From a bacterium (GTDB taxonomy: Bacteria > UBA8248), in NCBI GenBank assembly GCA_965219955.1, contig OZ244799.1:1760001-1824000 (forward strand): a stretch of 64,000 nucleotides of DNA, given 5' to 3'. Below the pieces are notes generated by a model. That model worked only from the letters and a program-made list of their open reading frames with translations, ran no database searches and was not told the origin of the DNA. Position numbers and translations under genes: made by a program. This document shows, one piece after another, positions 1 through 9,937 of the stretch. Position 1 is the first letter of the stretch, and each line of letters starts with the position of its first letter.

Positions 1-926
1 ACCGAGGTTCTGACGATGGGCAGGCCCAGCGTGACGTTCACGCCGCGAACGCTCGCCTGCCCTTCGGAGTCGAAGCGGAAACACATCAGCTTGCCCGGAA
101 TATGGCCCTGATCGTGATACATGGCCACGACGCCGCTGTAGTAGCCCCCGCGCAGTTTGCCGAAAATCGTGTCCGGCGGCTCGGGGCCGTGCGCGTCGAC
201 GCCCATCTCTCTCAAATCCGCGACCGCGGGCGCGATTTCCTCCACCTCTTCCCTGCCGAACAAGCCGCCCTCGCCCGCGTGTGGGTTGAGGCCCGCAACG
301 CCGATTCTGGGCGTTTTGCGATCGAGCCGGCGCAGGGCGTCGTCCAGAACGCGCGCCACGTAGACGATTCGCTTTCTCCTGACGCGCCTGAGCGCCACCC
401 TCAGCGAACAATGGGTGGATAGGTGCGCGATTCGTATCTTGCGGTGCGCGAGCATCATGACGGGCCGCCCTCCGCCGCACAGGTCGGCGAGCATCTCGGT
501 ATGGCCAGGGTAGTCGTATCCCCCGGCTTGCAAGGATTCCTTGTTGATCGGCGCGGTCGCAACAGCGTCCACGAGGCCCGAGCGCGCCATCGAGACAGAT
601 CGCTCAATGTACTGGCCCGCCGCCGCGCCTAATTCGGGAAGGACTTTTCCGTAAACGCGGTGTTCGGGAGCGACGTTTTTCAGATCGACCACGGGCGTAC
701 GCGCCGAGTCCTGGTATTTTGCCGGCTTCGCCTCATCAGCTACCCGTTCCAGACGCGCAGGAATCTCCATCCGCCGGGCGTGTTTCCTGAGCACGGCCAT
801 ATCGCCCACGATGAGGGGGAGGCATTTTTTCCGAACCCTCGTCTCAAGAGCGGCTTTGAGACATACCTCGGGCCCCACCCCCGCAGGGTCTCCCATGGTC
901 ATCGCGATTACGGGTCGTCGTTTCAA
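1..926 (-). CDS. pdxA: 4-hydroxythreonine-4-phosphate dehydrogenase (3' end outside window)
   Basis: Manual minus-strand translation gives N-terminal TMGDPAGVGPE, then MYHDQGH and GVNVTLGLPIVRTS; TTG start after AAGGGAG RBS. Not in the ORF track because it is truncated. Confidence 0.9.
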   Translation of the reverse strand, partial: MKRRPVIAMTMGDPAGVGPEVCLKAALETRVRKKCLPLIVGDMAVLRKHARRMEIPARLERVADEAKPAKYQDSARTPVVDLKNVAPEHRVYGKVLPELGAAAGQYIERSVSMARSGLVDAVATAPINKESLQAGGYDYPGHTEMLADLCGGGRPVMMLAHRKIRIAHLSTHCSLRVALRRVRRKRIVYVARVLDDALRRLDRKTPRIGVAGLNPHAGEGGLFGREEVEEIAPAVADLREMGVDAHGPEPPDTIFGKLRGGYYSGVVAMYHDQGHIPGKLMCFRFDSEGQASVRGVNVTLGLPIVRTS

Positions 927-1087
927 CGCGGCTCCCTTTTTTCTCGGCGCGTCATGTGCGGAAAACGCATCACGTCCGAACACATCCGGACATATCACTT
1001 CGGGCAGGTTATCATATTCCCGCCGTCTTCGATTCGAGAGATTATTTCGCCGGGAACTCTTGACTTGGGCGTTATGCGGCGCGGAAG

Positions 1088-1648
1088 ATGACCCCTCGAC
1101 ACGAGAAAGCAAGTGGCTCTCAGCAAGAGGAATATCTTTTGGGCGAGAATGGCGCAAGCGCAGGCAAAACGGTCCGGAAACTTCACGAACTCGGCTTCAC
1201 GCACGCTCTCATGATCCCGGACAGCGAGAGCCGTCTTCTATACGAAGCCCTGGAAAACGACCCGGAAATCGACCTGATCACCCCCTGCCGGGAGGGAGAA
1301 TCCGTCGCCATCGCGGCCGGGCTCTGGACGGGCGGCCTCAAGCCGCTGCTCGTGATCCAGAACACGGGCCTGATGGAGGCGGGAGACTCTTTAAGGGGCT
1401 GCGGGGTCGGCCCCAAAGTGCCCCTGCGCATGATGGTCGGCTGGCGGGGATACGGCGGGGCGACGGCCGGAAAGCTGCCGATCGATTCGGCCTATACCTT
1501 CACGGAGCCGCTGCTTCAGGCGTGGAGAATCCCGACCTGGCGCCTCAAGTCGGACGATGACCTGGGAACGCTCGAACTGATGGACCAGACGGCGGCGGAA
1601 ACTTCTTATCCGGCGGCCGTGATCACCGGCTACGGGTTCAAACCTTGA
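1088..1648 (+). CDS. TPP-dependent decarboxylase alpha subunit (ComD/sulfopyruvate or phosphonopyruvate decarboxylase-like)
   Basis: IPDS, REGESVAIAAG, IQNTGL and GWRG motifs of the TPP N-terminal (Pyr) domain. Confidence 0.75.
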   Translation: MTPRHEKASGSQQEEYLLGENGASAGKTVRKLHELGFTHALMIPDSESRLLYEALENDPEIDLITPCREGESVAIAAGLWTGGLKPLLVIQNTGLMEAGDSLRGCGVGPKVPLRMMVGWRGYGGATAGKLPIDSAYTFTEPLLQAWRIPTWRLKSDDDLGTLELMDQTAAETSYPAAVITGYGFKP

Positions 1649-1661
1649 AAGGCGGATCACC

Positions 1662-2246
1662 TTGATAGATCGCATGGAACTGTTCCGGACAGTGGCGGAG
1701 CGAAGAACGAACGAGATCGTGGTGATGACCATGACGGCTACTCTCCAGTGGCCGCTGGTCTCTAAAAGCGACCTCGATTTCGATTTCCTGGCCTTCGGCA
1801 TGGGGCACGCCGCCGATTTCGGCTTAGGACTCGCCATCGCCCGGCCCGAGCGAAAAACCATTGTCTGGAAGGGCGACGGAGGGATACTGATGAGCCTGGG
1901 CTCGCTGGTGACGCTGGCCAGGTATGCGCCCGAAAACCTTGTCGTATTCCTGCTCGAGAACAGGAGCTACGAGATGGTGGGCGGGCAGGAACTCCCCCCG
2001 CGGGCCGATTTCGTCGAACTGGCGCGCGCCTCGGGCTTCGAGGGCGGAGGCGCGACGGCAAAAGGCAAGGTGGAACGAATTGATTCCCTGGAAGCGTTTC
2101 AGGACGCCCTGCCCCGGATTCTCACCGAGGCGGGTCCACATTTCATCGTTTTGCCGGTGACGAACAGGGAGAAACTTCCGCCGGTGAACCATTCGGACCA
2201 TGCGAAGAGAATCCGGACTCTCAGAAAGGCCCTGAACGTGTCATAG
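1662..2246 (+). CDS. TPP-binding beta subunit (ComE-like)
   Basis: GMG...GLGLA and GDGG...LEN.SY...GGQ TPP/Mg-binding motif; adjacent to the alpha subunit. Confidence 0.75.
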   Translation: MIDRMELFRTVAERRTNEIVVMTMTATLQWPLVSKSDLDFDFLAFGMGHAADFGLGLAIARPERKTIVWKGDGGILMSLGSLVTLARYAPENLVVFLLENRSYEMVGGQELPPRADFVELARASGFEGGGATAKGKVERIDSLEAFQDALPRILTEAGPHFIVLPVTNREKLPPVNHSDHAKRIRTLRKALNVS

Positions 2247-2250
2247 GGCA

Positions 2251-2940
2251 TCACTTCTGAATCAATATCTTGTTCAGTTCGTCGAGCGAGGTGATTTCCG
2301 CGTCGATTTCATGCGGGACGCGCTCTTTCTTCTGTCCGAAGCGATTGACCCAGACGACGCGATACCCGAAATGAGAGGCCCCCGCGATGTCCCAGCCGTT
2401 CGATGAGAAAAAGCAAATCCTGTCGGCGGGAACACCGAGCCGGTCCACCGCCAGTTGATAGACCGATGCGTGCACCTTGAATATCCCGACGCTCTCCACG
2501 GATAGAACGTCTTCGAGATATTCCTCGATGCGTGCGTTTTTCACCGCGCTGCCGAGCATTTCGGGAGAGCCGTTGGAGAGAATCGCGGCCCGCACCCCGT
2601 CTTCCCGCAACTTTTTGAGCACGCCCTTCACCTCGGGATACGCGCTAAGCTGCTTGTAGAGCATCATCAGTTCTTCGCGAAGGTCCGGGTTCTCCATCCC
2701 CAGCGTATCCATGGCGAAATCGAGCGCATCGCCCGTTACCTGCCAGAAATCCGCGTGGTTGCCCATCAGGCTTCTCAGCCACGTGTACTCAATCTGCTTG
2801 GTCCGCCAGAGCGAGGAGAGGGCCTGCCAATTATCGCCGAGTTCGGATTGCTTTTCCGCCGCCGCAGCGGTCACGTCGAACAGCGTGCCGTAGGCGTCGA
2901 ACAGACACAGGTCGATTTCATGATCACCCAGCCGGAGCAT
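2251..2940 (-). CDS. Haloacid dehalogenase type II ((S)-2-haloacid dehalogenase-like)
   Basis: FDAYGTLFDV, WR.KQ.EY, LSNG, FK and SSNGWD motifs. Confidence 0.9.
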   Translation of the reverse strand: MLRLGDHEIDLCLFDAYGTLFDVTAAAAEKQSELGDNWQALSSLWRTKQIEYTWLRSLMGNHADFWQVTGDALDFAMDTLGMENPDLREELMMLYKQLSAYPEVKGVLKKLREDGVRAAILSNGSPEMLGSAVKNARIEEYLEDVLSVESVGIFKVHASVYQLAVDRLGVPADRICFFSSNGWDIAGASHFGYRVVWVNRFGQKKERVPHEIDAEITSLDELNKILIQK

Positions 2941-2975
2941 CTCTCATCCACCTCCATAAAATGCGGTCATTTTCC

Positions 2976-3950
2976 TCATGGAAACAGATTTATCTTGCCC
3001 AAAAACTTGCCGCTCAGGAGAACCTCGTGCGATTCGTTCGCCTGCTCCAGGGGCAGTACCCGCCCGATATGAGGCCTGATGGCGCCGCTTTCCAGCAAGG
3101 GAGGCAGACGCCTCAATATGCCCGGGACGAGAGGATTCAGATTGCCCGAGGAGAGCGCCAGAATCCGCGCGTCCCGGCCCATGGCCGCAGGCAGGGGAAT
3201 CGTCACATCCGGGCCCTTGCCCGTCCCCGTTCCGACGATGACGATCCGGCCGTTGACGGCGTTGAGTTTGAGGTCCGCAGGCAGATTGTCACAACCTATA
3301 TTCTCAACGACGACGTCGACGCCCCTGCCGGAAGTGAGCTCCATTACGCGCTCGGGCACGTCTTCTTCACGGTAGTTGATGGCCGCCTCGGCGCCCGCCG
3401 CAAGGCAGAAATCCGCCTTTTCCCCGGAACTGACCGTCGTGAACACCCGGCAGCCTAGCGTGCGGGCGAGCTGGATCGCCAGATAGCCCACGCCGCCGGC
3501 TCCCCCCTGCACGAGCACGCAATCGCCCGGCGCCGCCTCTCCCTTCACGACCAGGGCGTTCCAGGCCGTGAGCAGCGGGATGGGCAGCGCGGCGCCTTCC
3601 GCAGAAGACATCGAATCCGGAAGCTTTCCCGTCGAGTCTGCGGGCAGCAGCCCTTTTTCGGCATACGCCCCGGTGGAGGCGCGGCCCCACACCCGATCGC
3701 CCGGCGCGAACGTCTCGACGCCCTCGCCCACCGACTCCACTTCACCCGCGACGTCCGTGCCGCAGGTATAGGGCAGCGTCATCGCCCCCGCGCGCGGATG
3801 ATTCCCCGATCGTATGGCGACTTCCAGGGGATTCACGCCCGCCGCCGCTATCCGCACCAGCATCTCACCCGGCCCGGGTTCGGGCTCCGCCACCTCTTCC
3901 AATTCCATGGGATGCTCGAGCCCGAACCGCGTTACTCGTACCGCTTTCAT
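2976..3950 (-). CDS. NADPH:quinone oxidoreductase (zeta-crystallin/MDR family)
   Basis: AAGVNP, G.D.AG.V and GGAGGVG nucleotide-binding motif. Confidence 0.85.
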   Translation of the reverse strand: MKAVRVTRFGLEHPMELEEVAEPEPGPGEMLVRIAAAGVNPLEVAIRSGNHPRAGAMTLPYTCGTDVAGEVESVGEGVETFAPGDRVWGRASTGAYAEKGLLPADSTGKLPDSMSSAEGAALPIPLLTAWNALVVKGEAAPGDCVLVQGGAGGVGYLAIQLARTLGCRVFTTVSSGEKADFCLAAGAEAAINYREEDVPERVMELTSGRGVDVVVENIGCDNLPADLKLNAVNGRIVIVGTGTGKGPDVTIPLPAAMGRDARILALSSGNLNPLVPGILRRLPPLLESGAIRPHIGRVLPLEQANESHEVLLSGKFLGKINLFP

Positions 3951-3980
3951 TGCATTCTCCTTTTGCGCCCCGTCCCGAAG

Positions 3981-4967
3981 CTACGGGACCAGGACGACCT
4001 TGCCCAGAAACTGACCATCCAGCACGTAATCATGCGCTTCGTTCGCATCCTCGAAACTCGACGCCTTGTCGACGTTGACCCGGAACGCGCCCTCGCGCAG
4101 CAGGGGCGTGAAGCGGCGCACCAGCTCCGGCATTTTCGGAAACAGGTTCACCACGGCCAGCCCCAGCACCACGGCGTCTTTCGTCATGACCGCCGGAACC
4201 CGGAATTCCGCGCCCGGACCTTTCCCCGTACCCGTGCCGATGACGATGATTTTCCCGTCCACGCGGATGGCGTCCAAGTCCTTGTCGAAATTATCACAGG
4301 CGCAAAGCTCGACGACGACGTCGACGCCGCGCCCTCCTGTGAGCTCCATGCAGCGCTCGGCGAAATCCTCCTCGCGGTAGTTGATCGTCTCGTCCGCGCC
4401 CATCTCCTTGCAGAATTCCGCCTTCGCGTCCGAACTCACCGTCGCGAAAACGCGGCAGCCCAGCCGCTTGGCGAGTTGAATCGCCGCCATCCCGACGCCG
4501 CCGGCGCCGCCCTGCACCAGCACCGTCTCGCCGGGGCCTGCCTGCGCCTTGATGACGAGCGCGTTCCAGGCCGTGTAGAACGCGACCGTGATGCACGCTC
4601 CTTCTTCATAAGAGTAAGCCTCGGGCAGTTCCGCCGTGGCGTCGGCGACGAGCCGCACGTTCTCGGCGTAGCTTCCCCCCATGGCGCGGCCATATACCCG
4701 CTGCCCGATCCGCCAGCCCTCCACGCCCTCGCCCAGGGCGATGATATCTCCCGCCGCCTCGGCGCCTGGAACATAAGGGGGCGTCACCAGCTTGGCGTAA
4801 GGGTGCTTGGCGGCCCGTATCGCCAGGTCCACCGGGTTCACGCCGACTGCGCCGGCTTTGATCAGCACCTCGCCGGGCGCAGGCTTTGCGTCTTCCACCT
4901 CGTCCACCCGCATCGGAACATCCATGTTGAATTCATGTACGCGCACCGCTTTCATCGGAATTTTCAC
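3981..4967 (-). CDS. NADPH:quinone oxidoreductase (MDR family), tandem paralog
   Basis: GVNPVD, PG.EAAG and GGAGGVG; clearly similar to the adjacent gene; start may be 4955. Confidence 0.85.
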   Translation of the reverse strand: MKIPMKAVRVHEFNMDVPMRVDEVEDAKPAPGEVLIKAGAVGVNPVDLAIRAAKHPYAKLVTPPYVPGAEAAGDIIALGEGVEGWRIGQRVYGRAMGGSYAENVRLVADATAELPEAYSYEEGACITVAFYTAWNALVIKAQAGPGETVLVQGGAGGVGMAAIQLAKRLGCRVFATVSSDAKAEFCKEMGADETINYREEDFAERCMELTGGRGVDVVVELCACDNFDKDLDAIRVDGKIIVIGTGTGKGPGAEFRVPAVMTKDAVVLGLAVVNLFPKMPELVRRFTPLLREGAFRVNVDKASSFEDANEAHDYVLDGQFLGKVVLVP

Positions 4968-5049
4968 TCCTCGGTTTAGAGAAACAGTCCGAAAATTATC
5001 GAACGATAAATAGAATCCGCCTCATACTTTATCAGGCATACGTGAAAAT

Positions 5050-5901
5050 TTAATACTCATCCGTCCAGCTTCTGCGGCGCTTCTCGCCGGCGTCACACGG
5101 CGGGGCCGCCCTAGACACCAGAACCGGGCTTTCTTTCGTGTTCCGCGGGTCCTGGACCAGTTGCCGCCTCTCCCTCCCCGGCAGGCCGACAATCTCCAGA
5201 ATCAGTTTCCTGCGGATGGCGCGACCGAAAGACTTGAAGTCATTCGCGACCACCAGGAAAGAGCGCCTCCCCCCGATGACGCATTTCCTGTAATACAGAT
5301 CCAGGTCCGGCATCGGCATCCTTCCCCAGGGACTCGGCCGGTTGTTCACGATGGGAAGCCCGTTTATCGTCACGCCGGCCCGTACGGCCCTGTCGCGCGC
5401 ATTCGTCACGTAGTCCCCGCTGTTGTTCGGCCCGTCGCCGGAAATGTCGATGGTGCGGCGCTCGCTCGTGAACCCGTTGTTCTCGAACAGCGGAAGCGCG
5501 AACTCAATCGCGCCGCTGATAGACGTGTAGGGCCCCACCCCCACCGGCGCCTGGGAGAGCAGGTAGGCGAACGCCTCGGCGCTCGCCCTGTCGTGGATAC
5601 GCTTCCAGCCCACGACGATCCTCTGAAAATCGAAGCCCGCCCACTCCATGTAGGTGACCGCAATGCTCTTGTGTCTTCCCGATTGGATGGCGCGCAAGAC
5701 AGACGGCGAGCGAAAGGCGTTCACGTATCCCATCCGCTGGAGTCTCCCCTCCTCCCTATCCACGCTCCCGGAAACGTCGACCGCCAGGACGAGTTCCAGG
5801 TCCACGCTGACGGGAGCGGGCCACGCGGAACCGGAGTGCAGGAGAATCGCCACGATAGCCATGCAAGCCGCCAGACCATGCCGTATCGCCATATGGTTCA
5901 T
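5050..5901 (-). CDS. DUF1194 / vWA-like secreted protein
   Basis: Signal peptide; DLELVLAVDVSGS, IDISGDGPNNSG, GVTINGLPI and RKLILEI. Confidence 0.85.
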   Translation of the reverse strand: MNHMAIRHGLAACMAIVAILLHSGSAWPAPVSVDLELVLAVDVSGSVDREEGRLQRMGYVNAFRSPSVLRAIQSGRHKSIAVTYMEWAGFDFQRIVVGWKRIHDRASAEAFAYLLSQAPVGVGPYTSISGAIEFALPLFENNGFTSERRTIDISGDGPNNSGDYVTNARDRAVRAGVTINGLPIVNNRPSPWGRMPMPDLDLYYRKCVIGGRRSFLVVANDFKSFGRAIRRKLILEIVGLPGRERRQLVQDPRNTKESPVLVSRAAPPCDAGEKRRRSWTDEY

Positions 5902-5943
5902 CGCTGCTTCCCGTTCTTCGGGTTTTCGTGAATCATCGCGGAA

Positions 5944-6960
5944 TCATTTCTCTTTCAACATACCGGCTGCGGATTCCAGTTCCAGGCGAATCTGCTCCAT
6001 CAGGGAGGAATACATGTGTTTTTCGGTGAGCAGCTCCCTGGTTTCCTCCGCCACGTCCTGGTGTTTGCCTGAAGCGTAATCGCAGCGAATCACCCGCCAT
6101 CTTGAAAATTCGCGGTAGAGGCCCGAAATCCCGTCTTCCGCCCCTTTCAACCGGGACAGCAGTTTCACATATTCCGCCCGCGCGCGCGGGTAATCCTCCG
6201 CGATGAAAAAACTCTCCGCGTATGCAACGTCGTACAGGGCGTTTTCGGGATAGCGCGCGCGAAGGTACCCGGCGTCCCCTCTCGCCTCCTTGAATTTCTT
6301 CGCCCGGTAGAGCGCCCAGATGAGGTCCAGCCGCGCCGTAATGGATATCCAGCCGCCTCCATCGACCGCGCGGCGCAGATACTTTCTGCCCTTCGCGCTC
6401 GTATCGCCGACGAAAAAGCGGAACATCCTCACCCAGCTCTCCGTGCTGCCCCTGATGTGGTAAATCCCCAGCCCGTAGTAGGCGTCGTGAAGTTTCGGGT
6501 CGAGTTCGAGCGCTTTTTCCAGATGGTTCTGCATCGCGCCCGCCCGCAGGAACGCCGTGAGATAGCTGCTGCTGTCGAGCGCATCGACGATGCGCATGCC
6601 CTCCGTCAGGCCGGCGAGGAGGAGCGCCCTCGTGTCTTCGGGGTTTTTCTCAAGCAACGCCTCGGAGAGGGCCATCGCCTTCTCGGCGTTTTTCCGCCAG
6701 GTTTCCTGGTATTTCTCTCGCCGGATATGCCCTTTCAGGATGTGGAAAACGGACGCCTTGAAGAAATATCCCTCGGGACGCCCGGGCGCGGACGCTATCA
6801 CCCTGTCGAACGTGTCCGAAGCGGCTGAATAATCGCCCGCGGCGACCCGTTCGAGCCCTGCGTCAATCGATTTCACGTCCAAAGACGCGCCATGAGCGAG
6901 GTTCGCCGAAGCCGTGATAACGACGATAAAAATGAGTATTCTCGCGAAAGAAGACGCCAT
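5944..6960 (-). CDS. Secreted tetratricopeptide-repeat protein
   Basis: Signal peptide; TPR-like helices (KALELDP...AYYGLG); ATG at 6960 after GGAGGAG. Confidence 0.7.
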   Translation of the reverse strand: MASSFARILIFIVVITASANLAHGASLDVKSIDAGLERVAAGDYSAASDTFDRVIASAPGRPEGYFFKASVFHILKGHIRREKYQETWRKNAEKAMALSEALLEKNPEDTRALLLAGLTEGMRIVDALDSSSYLTAFLRAGAMQNHLEKALELDPKLHDAYYGLGIYHIRGSTESWVRMFRFFVGDTSAKGRKYLRRAVDGGGWISITARLDLIWALYRAKKFKEARGDAGYLRARYPENALYDVAYAESFFIAEDYPRARAEYVKLLSRLKGAEDGISGLYREFSRWRVIRCDYASGKHQDVAEETRELLTEKHMYSSLMEQIRLELESAAGMLKEK

Positions 6961-7097
6961 TGCTCCTCCGGGAATCAACGCGCGGGCGGCCGGCCCTGAA
7001 ACGGGCGGGCCTCTGCGCGAACGACGGTTTGCCCGCGCCCGTGATTGGGCATATCGTAGTATCGGGGTACGGGTATTTCAACCATAGCGAGCCGGCC

Positions 7098-8426
7098 ATG
7101 CTGAACATAAAACCTCCCGATGCGGCGATTCGGATCATCCGGGCACTTGAGGCCTCGGGCCACCGGGCGCTCCTGGCGGGCGGATGCGTGCGCGACGCCC
7201 TGCTCGGCTCCCCCCCGAAGGACTGGGACATCGCCACCGATGCGGCGCCCGAAGCCGTTCAGGGCCTTTTCCCGAAAACCGTCGCTGTGGGAGCGCAGTT
7301 CGGCGTGGTGCTCGTGCGGGTGGACGGCCAGGAGTTCGAGGTGGCCCGGTTCCGTGAAGACGGCCCCTACGGCGACGGGAGGCACCCCGACTCGGTTCGC
7401 CCCTCCGACGAGAAAGGCGACGCGAACCGGCGCGATTTCACCATCAACGGGATGTTCTACGACGTATCGAAAAATCAACTCCTCGACTACGTGGGCGGCC
7501 GGCGCGACCTGGACGAGGGAATCATCCGGGCCATCGGCGAGCCGGACTCGAGGTTCCGCGAAGACCACCTGCGCATGATGCGGGCGATCCGCTTCTCGGC
7601 GAGGTTCGGCTTCGCGATCGAGCCGGCGACCGCCGCCGCCATCGAAGCGGGTGCGGGGCTCATCGGGAAAATCAGCCCCGAGAGAATCCGCGACGAACTG
7701 ACGATCATCCTGACCCAGGCGAATTCCGATATCGCCTTCGCCGCGCTGGATTCCTCGGGCCTCCTGGGACACGTCCTGCCCGAAGTCGCCGCCATGCGCG
7801 GGGTGGCGCAGCCGCCGGAATTCCACCCCGAGGGCGACGTGTGGACGCACGTGCTCGCCATGCTCCGCATCAAGAAACGCTCCGCCTCGCCGACGCTCGC
7901 CTGGGGCATACTCCTCCACGACGTCGGAAAGCCGCCTACATACACCGAAACCGACAGGATCCGCTTCAACGGGCACGACAAGGCCGGCGCGAGGATGAGC
8001 GCGGAGGTCTGCGCGAGGCTCCGCATGCCGAAGGCGCGCGCGGCGAGAATCCGCGACCTGGTCGCCAACCACATGCGCTTCATGCACGTGGAGAAGATGC
8101 GCGAGGCCCGCCTCAAGCGCTTCCTGCGCGAGCCGTATTTCGGGGAACTGCTCGAACTCCACCGCGTCGACTGCCTCGCCAGCCACGGGAACCTGAGGAC
8201 CCACGAATTCTGCACGCGGAAACTCGGGGAAATCCACGAGGAGGCCCTGCGACCGCCGCGCCTGCTCGACGGCCGCGACCTCATGGCGATGGGCTACCCG
8301 GCGGGCCCGAAACTCGGCGAAATCCTCACAGCACTCGAAGACGAGCAACTCGAGGGGCGCATCTCCACCGGGGAGGAGGCCCGCGATTTCACCCGGCGGC
8401 ATTTCCCGCTTCCGGGGGGTTGTTGA
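7098..8426 (+). CDS. cca: CCA tRNA nucleotidyltransferase with HD domain
   Basis: GGCVRD...DWDIAT, RRDFTING, EDHLRM.RA.RF, SPERIRDEL, HPEGDVW.H and LHDVGK. Confidence 0.9.
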   Translation: MLNIKPPDAAIRIIRALEASGHRALLAGGCVRDALLGSPPKDWDIATDAAPEAVQGLFPKTVAVGAQFGVVLVRVDGQEFEVARFREDGPYGDGRHPDSVRPSDEKGDANRRDFTINGMFYDVSKNQLLDYVGGRRDLDEGIIRAIGEPDSRFREDHLRMMRAIRFSARFGFAIEPATAAAIEAGAGLIGKISPERIRDELTIILTQANSDIAFAALDSSGLLGHVLPEVAAMRGVAQPPEFHPEGDVWTHVLAMLRIKKRSASPTLAWGILLHDVGKPPTYTETDRIRFNGHDKAGARMSAEVCARLRMPKARAARIRDLVANHMRFMHVEKMREARLKRFLREPYFGELLELHRVDCLASHGNLRTHEFCTRKLGEIHEEALRPPRLLDGRDLMAMGYPAGPKLGEILTALEDEQLEGRISTGEEARDFTRRHFPLPGGC

Positions 8427-8485
8427 GAGAGTTTCCCTGAGGAGGGCCATCGATAACCCCCTTCCCGATCATCGAATTCTTCACC

Positions 8486-8973
8486 GTAGGGACAGGCCTC
8501 CGTGCCTGTCCGAAGCCCCTGTGCCTGTCCTGACGATGGACAACCACGGAGGGCAGGACAACCCTTTTGGCTTGTCCTGCTGCAGAACCATCGTGCGCAC
8601 GCTTTTGAAGTTCACTCCCCCCTTGAGGGTCTGGCTTCCCGAGGGGAAAGCAAGACGAGGAAGCCGAGCGTTTTGTGCGAAGGCTGACTCGGTGGGGGGT
8701 AAAATGCGTTTTATCGCCATCCGAATTATCCCCCCCACCGAATCGCTTTCGGGCTTACGCCCTCAGCTCTTCGTCGGTCTTCCCGAGGAGGAAAGACCGA
8801 CCCTCAAGGGGGGAGTGATTTCTTTCACTTCGGCAGGGGGTGACAAGCCCCTCAAGGGGGGAGTGGTTCTCCACCCTCGTGTTTGGGGCATTACCCGTAG
8901 GGACAGGCCTCCGTGCCTGTCCTGGCGAAGGATAACCACGCAGGGCAGGACAGGCACGGAGGCCTGTCCCTAC
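8486..8973. repeat. Cluster of GTAG-type REP/REPIN units and a CACTCCCCCCTTGAGGG-bounded MITE
   Basis: GTAGGGACAGGCCTCCGTGCCTGTCC at 8486 and 8897 with an inverted partner ending 8973; MITE 8613-8818 similar to copies at 11021, 20020 and 52349. Confidence 0.85.
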
Positions 8974-9105
8974 ATCCCTACAGAACCATCGTACCCCCAC
9001 CGCTTCAAGAATTCCCGGCACCCGCCTCCCGGGGGTTGTCGATTGATCCGCGCGTCCATACGCTCTAGGATGGCCTGAACCGCTTTCGCCTTCCCCCGAC
9101 TCCGG

Positions 9106-9645
9106 GTGCCCCCTATGGCTCCGATATCCATCATGACGGCGACCGAGCTCGAACGCTCGCTCAGGAGAATCGCCTCCGAGATGACCGAGGCGTGCGCCGC
9201 GCCGGACATCGCGCTCATCGGCGTGCTCACGCGCGGCGAACCGCTCGCGCGGCGGCTTGCGGGGCACATCGAGGAGCTCGAGGGCATCTCGCCTCCCCTG
9301 GGCGCGCTCGACATCGGCCTCCACCGCGACGACGGCGGCCATCCCACCGAGGGGCGCGGCTTCGAGCCCACCCTCATCGATTTCGACCTCACGGACCGCC
9401 GCGTGTTCCTCGTCGACGACGTCTTCTTCACGGGCCGGACGGCCCGCGCGGCCATCGACGCCTTGATGGAGCTCGGCCGCCCGCGCAAGATCTGGCTCGC
9501 CGCCCTCATCGACCGCGGCCACAGGGAGCTCCCCTTCCGGCCCGACTTCATCGGCAAGAACGTGCCCACCTCGCTCGCCGAGCACATCCAGGTGCGCGTG
9601 CGCGAGGTGGACGGCGAGGACGGCGTCTGGCTGCTGAAGCGCTGA
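9106..9645 (+). CDS. pyrR: Bifunctional pyr operon regulator / uracil phosphoribosyltransferase
   Basis: L.RIA.E, TRG..LA, LDI..HRDD, LVDDV..TGRT.RAA and DRGHRELP.RPDF.GKN. Confidence 0.92.
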   Translation: MPPMAPISIMTATELERSLRRIASEMTEACAAPDIALIGVLTRGEPLARRLAGHIEELEGISPPLGALDIGLHRDDGGHPTEGRGFEPTLIDFDLTDRRVFLVDDVFFTGRTARAAIDALMELGRPRKIWLAALIDRGHRELPFRPDFIGKNVPTSLAEHIQVRVREVDGEDGVWLLKR

Positions 9646-9937
9646 CCCCTCCGCGGGGAATTTTGGGGAAATGCGCGCAATTGCGGTGATCTGAAAAAAC
9701 TTTTTTATTCGGTACATTTCGATAAATATTTCATGCTCTAATTCAGGTTCGTCTCGTAACTCATTGAATAATTTTTGAATATCATGTTAGTTCGACCCAT
9801 GAACAATTTCAGGAATTTATCCATATTTATCTTATTTTATCGAAATTTACGGGAAATATCATTACTTTCATTTCCGCCTCCGCTCCCGTGTCCATTCTCG
9901 TTACTTCTTTGTCCACCATAATCGAATCGGAGTAAGG

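Noticed and set aside
102-1091. Plus-strand ORFs 102-422, 423-632 and 660-1091
   Set aside because: They lie antisense to pdxA.
6975-8450. Long antisense or alternate-frame ORFs (also 49247-51652, 49405-51606, 61844-63631, 20396-21877, 55634-57058)
   Set aside because: They are shadows of well-supported genes in high-GC DNA and carry no recognisable motifs.
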